Positions 24,969-39,499 of a stretch of 64,000 nucleotides of DNA are shown here, one piece after another. A program made the position numbers and the translations under genes. Every line of letters begins with the position of its first letter. The stretch's first letter is position 1. The notes beneath the pieces are model-generated. The model made no database searches, was not told the origin of the DNA, and saw only the letters and a list, made by a program, of their open reading frames with translations. Source of the stretch: Octopus vulgaris (lineage: Eukaryota); assembly GCA_951406725.2 (NCBI GenBank), contig OX597815.1, positions 190,898,001 to 190,962,000 of the forward strand, given 5' to 3'.

Positions 24969-25534
24969 TAGGGTTGTCTGGAAAGTTTGTGCCGATTTAT
25001 AGTAGCTTACCTTTCGACTTATTTTAGAACATGGTCGAGTCCATAAAATAGGATTTGACTACACCTCCATTTAGAGCACAGTTTAAGCTATCTTTTCATG
25101 GAAGAAGGTTTGTGTTCCTATAACCTGTGTTAATTCTGTAACCCTTTAAAATGTAAGATAAGAAAGTTCATTTTCAGCACTTGATGCTTTGGGAACCAAA
25201 CAAAAATTGCTGCAGCTTGGCTGGGATGTGTTACCTCACCCTCCATATTCCCCAGATATTGCTCCTTCGGATTTCCACTTATTCAGGTCTCTGCAGAATA
25301 GTCTTAATGGTAAAAATTTCAATTCCTTGGATGACGTAAAAAGATACCTTGATGAATTCTTTGCCATGAAACCCCCTCAATTTTGGGAAGGGGGTATTTT
25401 CAAGTTAAAGGAAAGATGGAGATACATTGTGCAACAAAATGGTTCATATATGGTTGATTAAAAATGTAATGGCAAATATTTATTGACCTTTTTCTTTCCT
25501 TTAAAATTCAGCACGAACTTTCCAGACGACCCAA
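24969..25534 (+). mobile_element. Mariner (DD34D-type) internal-deletion derivative
   Basis: TA flanks and TIRs GGGTTGTCTGGAAAGTTTGTGC / GCACGAACTTTCCAGACGACCCAA. ORF 25189-25461 contains LGWDVLPHPPYSPDIAPSDFHLFRSLQN…GIFKLKERW, the mariner YSPDLAPSD motif. Confidence 0.92.
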
Positions 25535-26185
25535 TATAAACTTATAACTACTTCTAGTGATCCTCTTGGGAAATCAAAGCGCTTTGTCTTTGATATAGAC
25601 TTTATATCTTGACTTTAAGTCTCAAACTTGAAACTATTCTTGTTCATCTGTTACAGAGGAAATCATTTCTCCTTCCAGCTTACTTTAAATCCTACATTAT
25701 CTTCTGTGCATCCATTGTTTGCGCAGGGTACATAGTATAGAGTTTCATAATAAACAATAATAATCTAAACAAAATCAGACACATGTAATTTCTTGTTAAC
25801 TTGAATTGTCGGATTGTGAGAATAATGGCACGCGACAATTCTCATCAAAAGTCCTCCTTAATTGGGAAAGGAAATGAGAATGGGAGAAATATCACAGCCA
25901 TTAGACAGACCTGTATATTTAAATAGAGCTATATAATCTGTTGAACAAGACTCAAATCAAATTTGTGCTTAAGCAAAGCATTAATGCTTGTTGGACAATA
26001 GTCATATTATGTATCTAAATTCTAGTTCTAATTTGAGATGATTAAGCAACAACAACACCAGTAATGAATCAACCTGCACATAATCACTTATTTATAAGTG
26101 TTAATTAATTATACTTTACACACTTTACACACACACACACACACACATATATTTTTAGATTCAGCTCAGAGCTGCGGCCATGCTG

Positions 26186-26218
<33 letters not shown>

Positions 26219-28106
26219 TATACCAAATACCACAGAGTCCAGCAACTCAGAGGGGGACAGACACACAAACACACACACATACACATACATACATATATAT
26301 ACATATATTCAACGGGCTTTCTTTCAGTTTCCGTCTACCAAATCCACTCACAAGGCTTTGGTTGACCCGAGGCTATAGTAGAAGACACTTGCCCAAGGTG
26401 CAACGCAGTGGGACTGAACCCGGAACCATGTGGTTGGTAAACAAGCTACTTACCACACAGCCACACATATATATACCAAATACCACAGAGTCCAGCAACT
26501 CAGTACTCTCTATTGTTAAAAGCTAGCATATTGCTGCTTTCTAAATGTCAGGTCTTTTAGAATAAATAAACAGATAAATAAAAACATATTATGAAACTAA
26601 CAAAAGTTTGTTAAAAATTAACTGTACTAATCAATAAAAACACTTTACATAAAAATGTTATTTTTTTGTTTATATTTTTGCAATCAGTTCACATGGCATC
26701 CATTGATGTTGGATTTCCTCTTTAATAAAATATCTTCAACATTAGGAAACTGTTTAATTATGTACAACAAATAGATTGGCTAATTGCTATACGGCAAAAA
26801 TCTCATAAGTATTTAATAAGTTAGTATGGCTTTCAATTCTCAACCATAGGCCAAATGAATAATTTTTTTTTTTTTTTTGTGGAAACTACATTTTAGCAGA
26901 ACTGATTTAAAAAACATGCATTAATTCCAAAGTGTTTCATAAAATCAGGATGTTTCTTATTTTATTATCTAATGCCATTGCTTAAAACAGCAGTTTTGTC
27001 ATTCAAAATTATTGATTAAAACATTTGCATGAGATTTCTATATCAAAGTTCAAATAACTGTTTTATGAGGCAGAAAAAAATAACCAAAAGGATGGATGGA
27101 AATGATTTCAGATGTTCTTTTTCTTTTTTCTTTATACTCTAGGCACAAGGCCTGAAATTTGGGGGGGGAGGGAGCCAGTCGATTAGATTGACTCTAGTAC
27201 GCGACTGGTACTTAATTTATTGACCCCCAAAAGGATGAAAGGCAAAGTCGACTTCGGCGGAATTTGAACTCAGAACATAGCGACAGACGAAATACCACTA
27301 AGCATTTCGCCCAGCATACTAACTTTTCTACCAGTTTACTGCCTTGTTCTTTAAATACAGTAATTTCAGAATCATAATTCTTATACTTGTTTTCCAATGA
27401 TATGAATAATGACAGGTCCAAAACTCATGATCATCATCATCATCATTTTAATTTACACATTTCTTTACTTACATAGTTTACACAGATTTATTTGATTGAC
27501 CTTCCACAGCCAGATGCTCTCACTGTCACCAACACTTATTTGTTTCCTAAGGTATTCTCTTTCATTCACACATCCGCTGAACCACAAATCACTCATTCAC
27601 TGGAGAAGGTAAGCAATGTCACTATCTTTCAATCTGATGCTGCTAATTATGAGTTGCTCAACTGACATCTATATACACTGGCTCATACACACATGCACCC
27701 ATGCAGCCACATGGTTTCAGACTTGACATCACTGCAAAACATCTTATACAGGAGGCTTTTTCAATGACCATGGGTTGACCAATGCCTTGTAGTGACATTT
27801 GATAAATGGAAACAATATAAGCCAGTGCCGGTGGCACGTAAAAAGCACCCACTACACTCACGGAGTGGTTGGTGTTAGGAAGGGCATCAAGCTGTAGAAA
27901 CACTGCCAGATCAGACTGGAGCCTGGTGCAGCCTCCAAGCTTCCCAGACCCCGGTTGAACCGTCCAACCCATGCTAGCATGGAAAGCGGACATTAAACGA
28001 TGATGATGATGATAATGATGCTGTGTTATTGTTGTATTGTTGTGTGTGTGTGTTTTGTTGTGTTGGTGTGTGTGTGTGTGTGTTAGTGTGTGTGTGTGTT
28101 TGTGTG

Positions 28107-28144
<38 letters not shown>

Positions 28145-28956
28145 GTGTGTGTGTGAGTGAGTGTGTGTGCATGTGTGCATGCATAAGTGTGTGTGTTTCT
28201 GCATGTCTTTACAGTGACACTGCTTCAGCAGCAATGATGTTTAGTTATGGCTCACAGAAACAATACATCCTACAGCTCATAGATTTGACAAGTAAAGACC
28301 AGAGGGACAAAATGCTTTACCTGCAAACAAATAGCTACAGGAAGGGTATATCTCCATAGAGCACCACCTCAAGAAGTCTCATCCAATCTATGCCAATATG
28401 GGAAAAGCTGACGATGAATACAACTGACTAGATCTCCCTCACAATAACAACAGGCTTTGTGCCTACTTCAAAGTCGCCAGTACTAAGCTGATATTTCTGT
28501 CATTTAACAATTGATTTGTTTAACTTTACCCTTTTATATCATAAGTGTTATGTTAACCAATTTAAATATTTGTATCAGACAGAGATGTCACTTTGTCACG
28601 GGTTATTATTGAGGATCTGTTTTCATTTAATTTTTGCACTCTATGATGATAGTATGGCCATGTGGTTATCAAATTCACTTCAGGGTCCTTTGAGTTCAGG
28701 TTTTCTCCTCCTGTGGGGCACCTAAAGTAAATATTATCTACCATAGCCTTGCATGAATCCAAGCTTTGTGAATGAAGTTATCAAGAGGGTATACTTAAGC
28801 TGTCACTTGTCATCCTCTTCCCTGAACATGTTTTCTTTTCTTCACTTGCCCCCCTCCAAACTGATATTCACTGCATCCAACTCAGTCCTCATCTGTTATT
28901 CTATATTTACTCTTGTGCACTTATCTGTTCACCTAATAACACCTTGCATCTCTCTC

Positions 28957-28997
<41 letters not shown>

Positions 28998-29464
28998 CAC
29001 GTAAAAAGCACCAACCGATTGTGGCTGTTGCCAGCATCCTCTGGTCCCTGCGCCGGTGGCATGTAGAAAGCACCCACTACACTCACGGAGTGGTTGGTGT
29101 TAGGAAGGGCATCCAGATGTAGAAACACTGCCAGATCAGACTGGAGCCTGGTGCAGTGCAGCCTCCTGGCTTCCCAGACTCCGGTCAAACTGTCCAACCC
29201 ATGCTAGCATGGAAAATGGATGTTAAACAATGATGATGATATATATATATATACTAATGAAGACAGCTATAAACAATATAAAACCAAAAAGGAAGAATTC
29301 ATCTGTCACTAATTGTGGCTGACAGTGCAGGGTAGCACCTACATTGCTAGAAATAAGCAATAATAACCCTCTTAACTACAAAGAAGTACAAGTCTATTGT
29401 ACTGACAGAGGAGCTAACTGTCCCACAGTGAATAATATATATGTATATGTGTGTATGTATGTAC

Positions 29465-29495
<31 letters not shown>

Positions 29496-29925
29496 TGTAT
29501 GTACGTACGTACGTACGTACGTACGTATGTATGTATGTATGTATGTATGTATGTATGTATGTTCCCAGAAGGGGAAGCCATGTATTCACCTCATCAGCAA
29601 GACACCTGTTCCTGCCCCTCAATCATAACTTCATATCCCTCATTTGAGGGGTCCTGTTTTGTCTTGCCTTGGGGATACTAGATGCCTGCGTCAGTGCTGG
29701 TACCACAAAAAAATGGTACCCAGTACCCTAAGTAAAGTGGTTAGCATTAGAAAGGGCATCCAACAATAGAAACCATGTAAAAGCAGATACTGGAGCTCAA
29801 TACAATCCTCTGATCCATCATTTCATGTTGGATTATTCAACTCATGCCAACATAATAAAAGGGACATTAAATGATGATGGTTATATATTACTGCAGAAGC
29901 TCAATGGTCAAAATGTATTTGTCAT

Positions 29926-30329
29926 TACTCTTTACTTGTTTCAGTCATTTGACTGTGGCCATGCTAGAGCACCACCTTCAGTCGAGTAAATCGACCCCCA
30001 GGACTTATTCTTTGCAAACCTAGTACTTATTCTATCGGTCTCTTTTTGCCAACCTGCTAAATTACGGGGACGTAATCACACCAGCATCGGTTGTCAAGCA
30101 ATGTTGGGGGGACAAACACAGACACACAAACATACACACACACATACGTATATATATACATATATACGATGGGCTTCTTTCAGTTTCCGTCTACCAAATT
30201 CACTCACAAGACTTTGGTTGGCCTGAGGCTATAGTAGAAGACACTTGCCCAAGGTGCCATGCAGTGGGACAGAACCCGGAACCATGTGGTTCATAAGCAA
30301 GCTACTTACCACACAGCCACTCCTACGCC
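29926..30329 (-). mobile_element. Family A SINE
   Basis: Full consensus in reverse orientation. Confidence 0.87.
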
Positions 30330-31203
30330 TTGTTGATGGACTTAACCCATAATCTGTTTAATATCACAACTTGACCCTTAGGTGTCTTTACCAGACTCCT
30401 TTCTATTTGCAAGCTTTTGGACAAGGTTTTAAATCTGAAGAAAATTCAATACTTTAATGTCTCTGCTTTCTTTTAAAAAAAAAATAATACATGTTCCTTC
30501 TCGAGCCATGCCAGGCTCGTAAGGGCCGGTTTCCCGGTTTCAGTGGCGTAGAAATCCCCCACCTGGACAGGACGCCAGTCCATCACAGGATTATTCATTT
30601 TTGCCAGCTGAGTGGACTGGAGCAACGTGAAAATGAAGTGCTTTGCTCAAGAACACAACGCATCACTTGGCCCAGGAATCGAGACCACAACTTTACGATC
30701 ATGAGTTCAACACCCTAACCACTAAGCCACATGCCTCCACTCTGCTTTCTTTTACAGCAACTTAAGTCATGATTTCTTTTGTTTTTCCCACACACCAATC
30801 ACAGAAGCCCTGAAAAATGTCATGGATATATGTTCTTCTTCTACTGATAACATTGTAGAAAAAAGTCAAATTAATTTTCTCTCAGTTTTATTGGTTGAAG
30901 AGAGTCAGAACATACTGACAATATAATTGCCATTATCTTCTCTGATTTCAACTAAAGACACAATGAAACAATTAAGTTTTACAACGAAACCGTCTTAGTT
31001 TAGTGTTTATAATAAACACAAACAATAAACAAAAAGGTTAAAGTAATAACAAATTATTTATATAACATTTCCATTTGGAATTATGTCCTCAGATGTATTT
31101 CTTCTGTTTGATATGGATTGTGTTGACAGCATTGGTAACAGCTGGCTTAGTCCCAGCTGGCCAAATAGATAAACAGTCTTCAACCAAACATTTATACCCA
31201 TGC

Positions 31204-31268
<65 letters not shown>

Positions 31269-31644
31269 GCACGATACACCCATTGAAGATCTTTCTTTTA
31301 ATTTTCATGGGGTTCTTTCACTTTCCAGCCACCAAATCCACTGACAAGGCTTTGGTTCACTTAAGGCTATAGTAGAAGACACTTGCTCGAGGGGCCATGC
31401 AGTAGGACTGAATCTAGAAGCAAACTTCTTAGTACACAGCCCCACCTGCACCTAGGGGTACTTTATTTCATCAAACCCAGAAGTATAAAAGTCAAAGGTG
31501 ATTTTGATAGGAGTTGAACTCAGCACATATATAAATTGTACTATCAAACCTATTGTTTATCACTTCAGTCATTGGGCTGTGGCCATGTAGGAAGGAGGAC
31601 TACACATTTACAGCTGAGTGAACTGGAGCAAGAGCAACAGATAC

Positions 31645-32595
31645 TCATGCTGTATTGCTTGGTATTCATGCAAGAAGCTCCAATATGAACATTTCAGGGT
31701 GTTTGGGTGCCAATTCAAAAAGAGTTGGATGAGTCTAATGGTGATTACAAAGGTAGGGCAGCTCAGAAAATTCACTCTGATCGTTCTGATAAGAAAGAAC
31801 TCCTAAATTTGTCAGTGAGTTCCAGGCTATGACTGACAATGATCACTCAAGTCAATCAGGTCCATTGCTAGGGACATGGGAGTGTCTGAGTTTCTTATCA
31901 GGCAGGTAGTGCAGGAAGACATCTGGTATTCTGCATACAAGATGGGAAAGGGCTAATTTTTATCCCAAGCCATCAAAGACCATGCTATGAAGCTTTTGTG
32001 CAAACTCAAGCATTCCCTCCAACCAAACATATTCTGGTTTTTCTCAGATGAGAAAAATTTCTGCTAGGTGAACACACAAAACAACCATTGGCTTGCCATG
32101 TTCCCAAAACATGTACTGAGAGTAATAAAAATCAAACATCATGGAAGCCCTTATGTCTGGCAACAGGACTCTGCACCATGCCACGCAAGCAGGAAAACCC
32201 AGTCATGGCTGTCAGACAATTTCTGCATCCACATCTCTCCTAACATCTGGCCACCTAACTCCCCAGACTGCAAACCCCTTGATTATTATGTATGGGGCAC
32301 AGTTGAGTGAGAGACCAACAAAACTTCTTGTAACACCAAAGATGAACTGAACGCAAGGATTATGGCAGCATTGACCAATTTAAACAAGGAGACCATCCAG
32401 AAGAGTTGCAGGAGGTTCCAAAGTCATCTGAAGGATGTGGTTGAAGCCAATGGCGATTTTATTGAGTCCCCCAGCATGGCCATGGCCTTCAGGCTAAAAC
32501 ATTTTTAAGGATTTAAGGATATCTGTTAAAATGGGAGGTCAGTGTTTTTTTTCCTTTTTGTGTAATTTAGACAACTGTTTATTCACCGCACCCTG
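31645..32595 (+). mobile_element. DD37D (maT-type) transposon remnant, second copy, 5'-truncated
   Basis: WFFSDEK (first Asp, ~32035-32056). In QQD-SAPCHASRKTQSWLSDNFCIHISPNIWPPNSPDCKPL-DYYVWG there are 37 residues between the 2nd and 3rd Asp. Right TIR …TTTATTCACCGCACCCTG|TA. Confidence 0.87.
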
Positions 32596-32611
32596 TACAC
32601 ACTCACACACT

Positions 32612-32652
<41 letters not shown>

Positions 32653-33607
32653 ACACATACACACAGCACACATATTGGTATTTCTATTTAACATCTAAGT
32701 TGCAGCATGCATGCACCTTTCTTCTATTGAGCTATCTATCTTAGCCAGGCAGACAGGTCAATCTTCTCTATATGCAAACATTTGGCTCTTCAATAAACAC
32801 ATCTTTCCAAATAGAGGATAAGATTAGATTACAAAGAAACCTAATTAATGCTCTGAAGAGATAAGAAATGATGGAGCAACTGAAAATCTATGAGGTTAGA
32901 AAACATTCAGAGAAAAGGAAATGTTGTATCGTTTATCTTTTATCTTTTACTTGTTTCAGTTATTAGACTGTGGCCATGCTGGGGCACTGCCTCAAAGAAT
33001 TTTTAGTTGAATGCATTGATCCCAGTACTTCTATTTTGTAAAGCCTGACACTTATTCCATCAGTCTCTTTCAGCAAACCACTAAATCATGTGGACATAAA
33101 TACACCCACATCAGTTGTCAAGTGGTGATGTGGGACAAACACTGACACAAACACACACACACACACACACACATACAGATACACACACACATACAGACAC
33201 ACACACACATATGTATATACTTATAGGTGCAGGTGTGGCTGTGTGGTAAGAATCTTGCTTCACCAAGAACCCACAAATCATGCCCCCTCAACTAAGTGAG
33301 GTACAGCTTCGAGGGATGTGAAAGAATGATAGATGGACAGCAACAGGTGTCTCCCTGAAGAGGTGAGTACATAGCTTCCTCAGATGGAAAGAGAGGGAGA
33401 GAGAGAAAAGGGATGGTGGTAAAGGTGTACTTCCAAGGTACAAGGTGAATATGAAGAAGAGAATAGGGAAAGCAGAACAGGGTAAGGCAATTGAGACTGC
33501 TAGCTATGGAAAGTGTAAAACAAATGGGGATTGAGGTGGATATCAAGTTTGGGGGAGAGAAACTGAAGGAAATAGGAGTGGGCCAGGGAGGAGCAGCAGC
33601 AGCAGCA

Positions 33608-33699
33608 GCCGATCAAAAATTTGGACCTGAGGATCTCCATTTCCAGCGGCTTCGAGGGCCACCTCCTAGTGGTGTCGGGCGTCAACAAAGAGCCCTCGA
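33608..33699 (+). ncRNA. Candidate HDV-like ribozyme at the 5' end of a short GC-rich insertion
   Basis: P2 TCGAGGGC/GCCCTCGA, P3 ACC/GGT, L3 TCCTAGT, J4/2-like CAAA. P1 is imperfect (GCCGAT/GTCGGGC). Manual fold only. Confidence 0.35.
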
Positions 33700-33897
33700 C
33701 TACAACAAGATGACCAAAGCGTTTTCTTTTTTCCAAGGTCTGGGGTCTCCCGCCCCTAAGCCCTAGACCATCACCTAATCACCCTTACCCGTCTTGTTGC
33801 TTAACAACAACAACAGCAGCAGCAGCAGGTGAAAGTGGTGTTAAGGAACAGTTGTAAGGGTACAATGTGAAGTGTAGGGGGATTGATGGTATCATTT

Positions 33898-34088
33898 GGC
33901 GAGTTAGCAGAAATGTTAGCATGCGGGCGAAATGCGTAGCCGAATTTTGTCTGCCGTTACATTCTGAGTTCAAATTCCGCCGAGGTCGACTTTGCCTTTC
34001 ATCCTTTTGTGGTCGATAAATTAAGTACCGTTTGTCTGTCCTTGTTTGTACCCTCTGTATTTAGCCCCTTGTGGGCAATAAAGAAATA
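33898..34088 (+). mobile_element. Family B SINE with 10-bp TSD
   Basis: GGTATCATTT at 33888-33897 and 34089-34098. Confidence 0.88.
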
Positions 34089-34708
34089 GGTATCATTTAA
34101 AGCACCTGAGTGAGTAGTAGCACAGTTAGAAGATTCATGGAAGGAGGGGTGCTAGTCAAAATAAATTCCTTTGTATGAAATATAACAGACACCTTTGAAA
34201 ATAATTGTACAACAAACTATTGGCAAAACTACTAGTTTGTTTACATCTGCTTCTCCTATTTTGAGAAAGCTTTATTTCTATTTCAAAATGTTTATTTATT
34301 TTGGCCAAATTACATACTGTATATCTAGCAGCTAATAAAGTGTTATTCATTACACTGAGTCTCTGTTTCTTATTTATTGGACTGCCTTTATTTATGTAAT
34401 AAATACATCTGAAAGAAAACTTTCCAAGATAAAGAAGTACGTTGTAGTTTACTTGAAGCATTGTAGTGCAGAAGTGGAATGCCAAATGAAAGGAGAAATG
34501 AGGAAAGCTTTTGATCATATCCTTCTGAAGATAGGCCTATACACCCAAGAAAATAAAGGTTTTTTTTCAAAACTTTCTTCATTGTTAGAAGCTTTCCTCA
34601 TTTCTCATTTCATTTATTCTATTTCCTTGATGATATAAAATTCATAATAAAAATATTTCTGATCCCCAATGTTGCCATTATTTTCAAAGATTACTCTGTA
34701 ATAAAACT

Positions 34709-34936
34709 TTAACCCTTTCATTACCAACCCGGCTGAAATCGGCTCTGGCTCTGAGTACAAATGTCTTGTTTTCATAAGTTTTGAATTAAAATCTTCCACC
34801 AAACCTTAGTCACAATTTATGTTCCTAACACCAGCTTAATGATAACTAAGTTATTTTATTAAATCTTTTGTTGCATTTAAAGTAATTGAAAGAAACACAG
34901 AGCATCTCAAAATAAATACAGTAACGAAAGAGTTAA
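34709..34936 (-). mobile_element. Family F TTAA MITE, solo
   Basis: TTAA-CCCTTTCATTAC…GTAACGAAAGAG-TTAA. Confidence 0.88.
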
Positions 34937-36781
34937 ACAAATAGAAAACAATTTTTTCTCTTAAACTAGACACTGATCTATTTTACATAACATTATCTCA
35001 GAAAGGCCAGATGCTTCCTCTCTCCATGGGATTATAGAATTAAATATCTCATGGAGAGACAAAATGAAATACTAATAACAAATTAGAACTCATAACTTAT
35101 AACTAAAGAGCTGGTAGTCAGAGAAACTGTCTACTTTGCCACTTTACCTAGATGTTACCATGGTTGAGCAGACCTAAATTCAAAGACATGCCAGTCAAGA
35201 CCATCACATTTGAATATACCTAACCCTACATTCTTTAATGTGTTCTTCCTTTTTTCCCTTAAGATTGTAGTGTCTGGCTAGAAGGAGATTTGGCTGCTAT
35301 TTCTAGTCAACTGAACTATTCTGTAAAGGTCTTCTATATTAGCACATTAACATATTTAATTACACTATCATGTAATTAAAACATCATGGATGATATTTAG
35401 CCTCAGGTTGACCCTGAACAGACAGACCTATGATAAAAGCCTTTTTCAGTTATGACTATCACGTTTCATTGTTTTTGTTTTGTTGTTGTTTTTTTTTTTC
35501 TGGACTCCATTATTCCACATGTCCTTCCTGCTTTAAGATAATAAAGCATAAGTTGTGAGCTATTTAGCTTTAGTTTCTCACAGAGTGAAAGACCACATAT
35601 AGATTGTCTCTCTGGGTCTCAAATAACTATTATTGATATAACTGGTTTTTGATCAATAGAAGAAGAATTATGTGACATTTACAGATGAAATCCATATACC
35701 AGGGGCTATGAACTTTTGATAACAGAGTTTGCAGTATAAATCAAATGTAGAAGACAGAAATGGTGTTTTGCTTGAATTATTAGAATTGAATCATTTCTAG
35801 GTTTCTTTTCTTTCATTTTCATTCCTTTTCTTTCTTTCTTTCTTCTCAAAGACATTAATTGCTTTACTTTTAATGTTTTTATCTGGTATGTTTTCATTAA
35901 GGCTGTGCAACTTTAGAACCAGATAGACAGAACACATATCTTTGATTCTTTGAGTAATGATGGAGGTAAACATTTGATTTGGAAACTGAAACGAATTTTG
36001 ATGTATTTCCATTTGCAATAAATCACCATGTTTCCAATTTCATATAAAATACAACTAAATAGAGGCTACGAAGATGAGTAAATTATCATTTTCTCTCTGT
36101 ATCATACTTCTACATTGAAATATCTTTCATGAGGCAAGTTGGCACTGTATTCCAATAGCAAATATACCACAAAGCTGCTTGTTACTAATATTCACTTTGA
36201 GATGTTCTATAGATCATTAGAAGGTGTAATCTATGCCAGACTGTACACACATATAAAAATAAATTGTATTGAGCATAATTATGCACAACTATGACATCAA
36301 AGGAAGTTAAGTCTTTGAACTCTTAAATAGTTTTACTTTGCTAAGGTGGAGTGGGGGAGGACAACTGTTTACTATGAGCAGATTCAGTATAGAAAAGATG
36401 AGTGCTTAACTAGCTTGGAGAACTGAGCTCTCTCTGTCTGTGGATGTTGCTTGAAGGATGCTGGTGGCACTGACTGGCCCCCATGCTGGTGGCATGTAAA
36501 AAGCACCCACTACACTCTCGGAATGGCTGGTGTTAGGAAGAGAGGGCATCCAGCTGTGGAAACCTTGCCAGATCAGCTTGGAGCCTGGTGCAGCTACCTG
36601 GCTTGCCAGTCCTCAGTCAAACTGTCCAACCCATGGAAAGCAGATGTTATACGATGATGATGATGATGATGATGATGACGACGATGATGATGAATAGGCT
36701 CAGTCCAGTTGACTATACTACAAAAACTATATATCAAGAATATATACATATGTATGTGCATGTTTGTGTGAGTGTGTGTTT

Positions 36782-36845
<64 letters not shown>

Positions 36846-38050
36846 ATGTGTATGTATGCACACATACACATACACATGCTCATGTGCATTTATACATCTG
36901 TTCCTTTATTACTTTAAGTCTTTTAACAGGCACAAAGCCTCACCAGCTTCAGTTCCCCACTCCCAGTTGAGGGATTTTTATGATGCAAGGTACTTGGTGA
37001 CCCTGCACGTGTTGGTACCACATAAAAAGCACCCCATACATTCTGTAAAGTGGTTGTCATTATGAAGGGCATCCATCTGCAGAAACCATGGAGCTTGGTG
37101 CAGCTCCTGGTCTTGCCTCCTCCTGTTAAATGATGATTATGATGATCATGATCATGATTATGATATATGTGTAAGTAGATATATCAAAAGCAAGTGAGAG
37201 AAGCCTATTGTGTATGTATGTATGTATGTATGTATGTATGTATGTATGTATGTATGTGTGTATGTATGTATGTGTATGTATGTGTGTATGTGTGTATGTA
37301 TGTATGCATGTATGTATGCATGTATGTACGTATGCATGTATGTATGTATGTATGTATGCATGCAAAGAAGAGTTCTTCATCACATAGGTATCCCTGGGCC
37401 TATATTCTGTGCTTTTAAAACAGCACTCCACATTCAAAACCTAAACTCAGTTATTATTCCAGTCCCTATAAATTCTCTATAGATGTGAATCCTACCATAC
37501 CTTACCACCCTTCATATTGTTTCTCTCCAGAGACAGGTTTTTGGTGGGGTTCTTTTATTTGATATTTTTGATAACATTTTAAGTTCCTTAAATATTTTCC
37601 CCTCTTCTCTAAATTATTTCCCCATTCCTCTGTTCTACTATTACCATATTTCTGTCTAGCATATATGTAAAAGTATATAAAAACTTCTCTTTAATCAATA
37701 TTCCATCAATATCTTTAGCCATAATTGCATACCTTAGATGTTAAGTTTTGTAATAAATAGAAAGATACCTATCAATATTCATTTCAGATACCAATTAACA
37801 TTCAGAACAGGACACCTAATTCATGAAAAATGTATACTTCGCCTTTATTTTAATACTGAATTATTTTCATAGTTGAATAACAACCAAAATGGTGTCATGG
37901 CATAGAAAAGAAGTAAACACTTAACAAACTGAGTCTGTGAATCTACTGTTGCCTTGCATCAAGCACAATCGGGGACACCCTTCATATTTTGTTAATTACA
38001 GGATTTCAGTAGCATTGTTCTAGAATTATCTCTTTCAAAGTTATTAATAT

Positions 38051-38550
<500 letters not shown>

Positions 38551-39499
38551 ATATGAATGATCACTGTTCTTCATATAGATAACACAATTGTTTCAATTTC
38601 TACTTGAACCCATTTCTCTCTGCTTATATTTTTGATAGCCTTCAAAATTACATGAACCCCATAATATAACTTCTTCCATGTAAATTTGAGATAACCTTTG
38701 ACCGAAATAAGAAGATATTTAGCTAAACATCTCTTCTGTGTTGTATAACCCATTCTCTATATCTACTTCGATCATTTACTAAATTATGTGAAGCTTGCCA
38801 CACTTTTTAGTTATACTTTCCTCATTATTTTTCACCCAAACAGCTGTTGCTTGTAACAGATTCATAACCTGTTCCCACTCCACGTACAACCTGCTCAGTT
38901 TACTTCATTTTCAAGTAAGGAGGTCAAAAATAATATTTTTCTAAGCCTCTTTACCTCACACATTTCTGTTATATATACAGACGTGATACCATAAAAAGAA
39001 ATCAATAAATTCTCTTCCTAGATAAGACGATGTTTACATAACAGTATTTTCTCACAAGACAATCAAATTTCTCAACTTCTACAAAAATAACAAATCAATG
39101 AAAACAAGTTTACAACTTTCTAAATGCAAGCACATTCTTCTGTTTGTCGATAGAGTTATTTAATTTCGCAAATAATGAAAAACTGTTTTTAGTTTGCATT
39201 TTCTTTCCAAGTAAGACATGAGAGAATGTTAATAAACAGCTTGACAAATTGTCAATAAACAAATAGTAATTATGTTAAGGATCACATCGATATGGAGATA
39301 AGAACACCTACAAATAAGACCGACTTTCATCTCACCTGTTCATATATTGGATATTGTATTGGATTTTCTCTCCTTCTTTGATAATAAAATGAAAGAAATG
39401 TATCAACAAATCTAAAGCACAATGGTTCAATTTTCAAGATTTGTTGCATAAAGCTGACATTTATTTTGATATCATTTACGAGTTTAATATACTGTATGG

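Noticed and set aside
33491-33766. 91-aa ORF with poly-Ala
   Set aside because: It spans a (CAG)n tract and an insertion boundary, has a non-ATG start and no recognisable domain.
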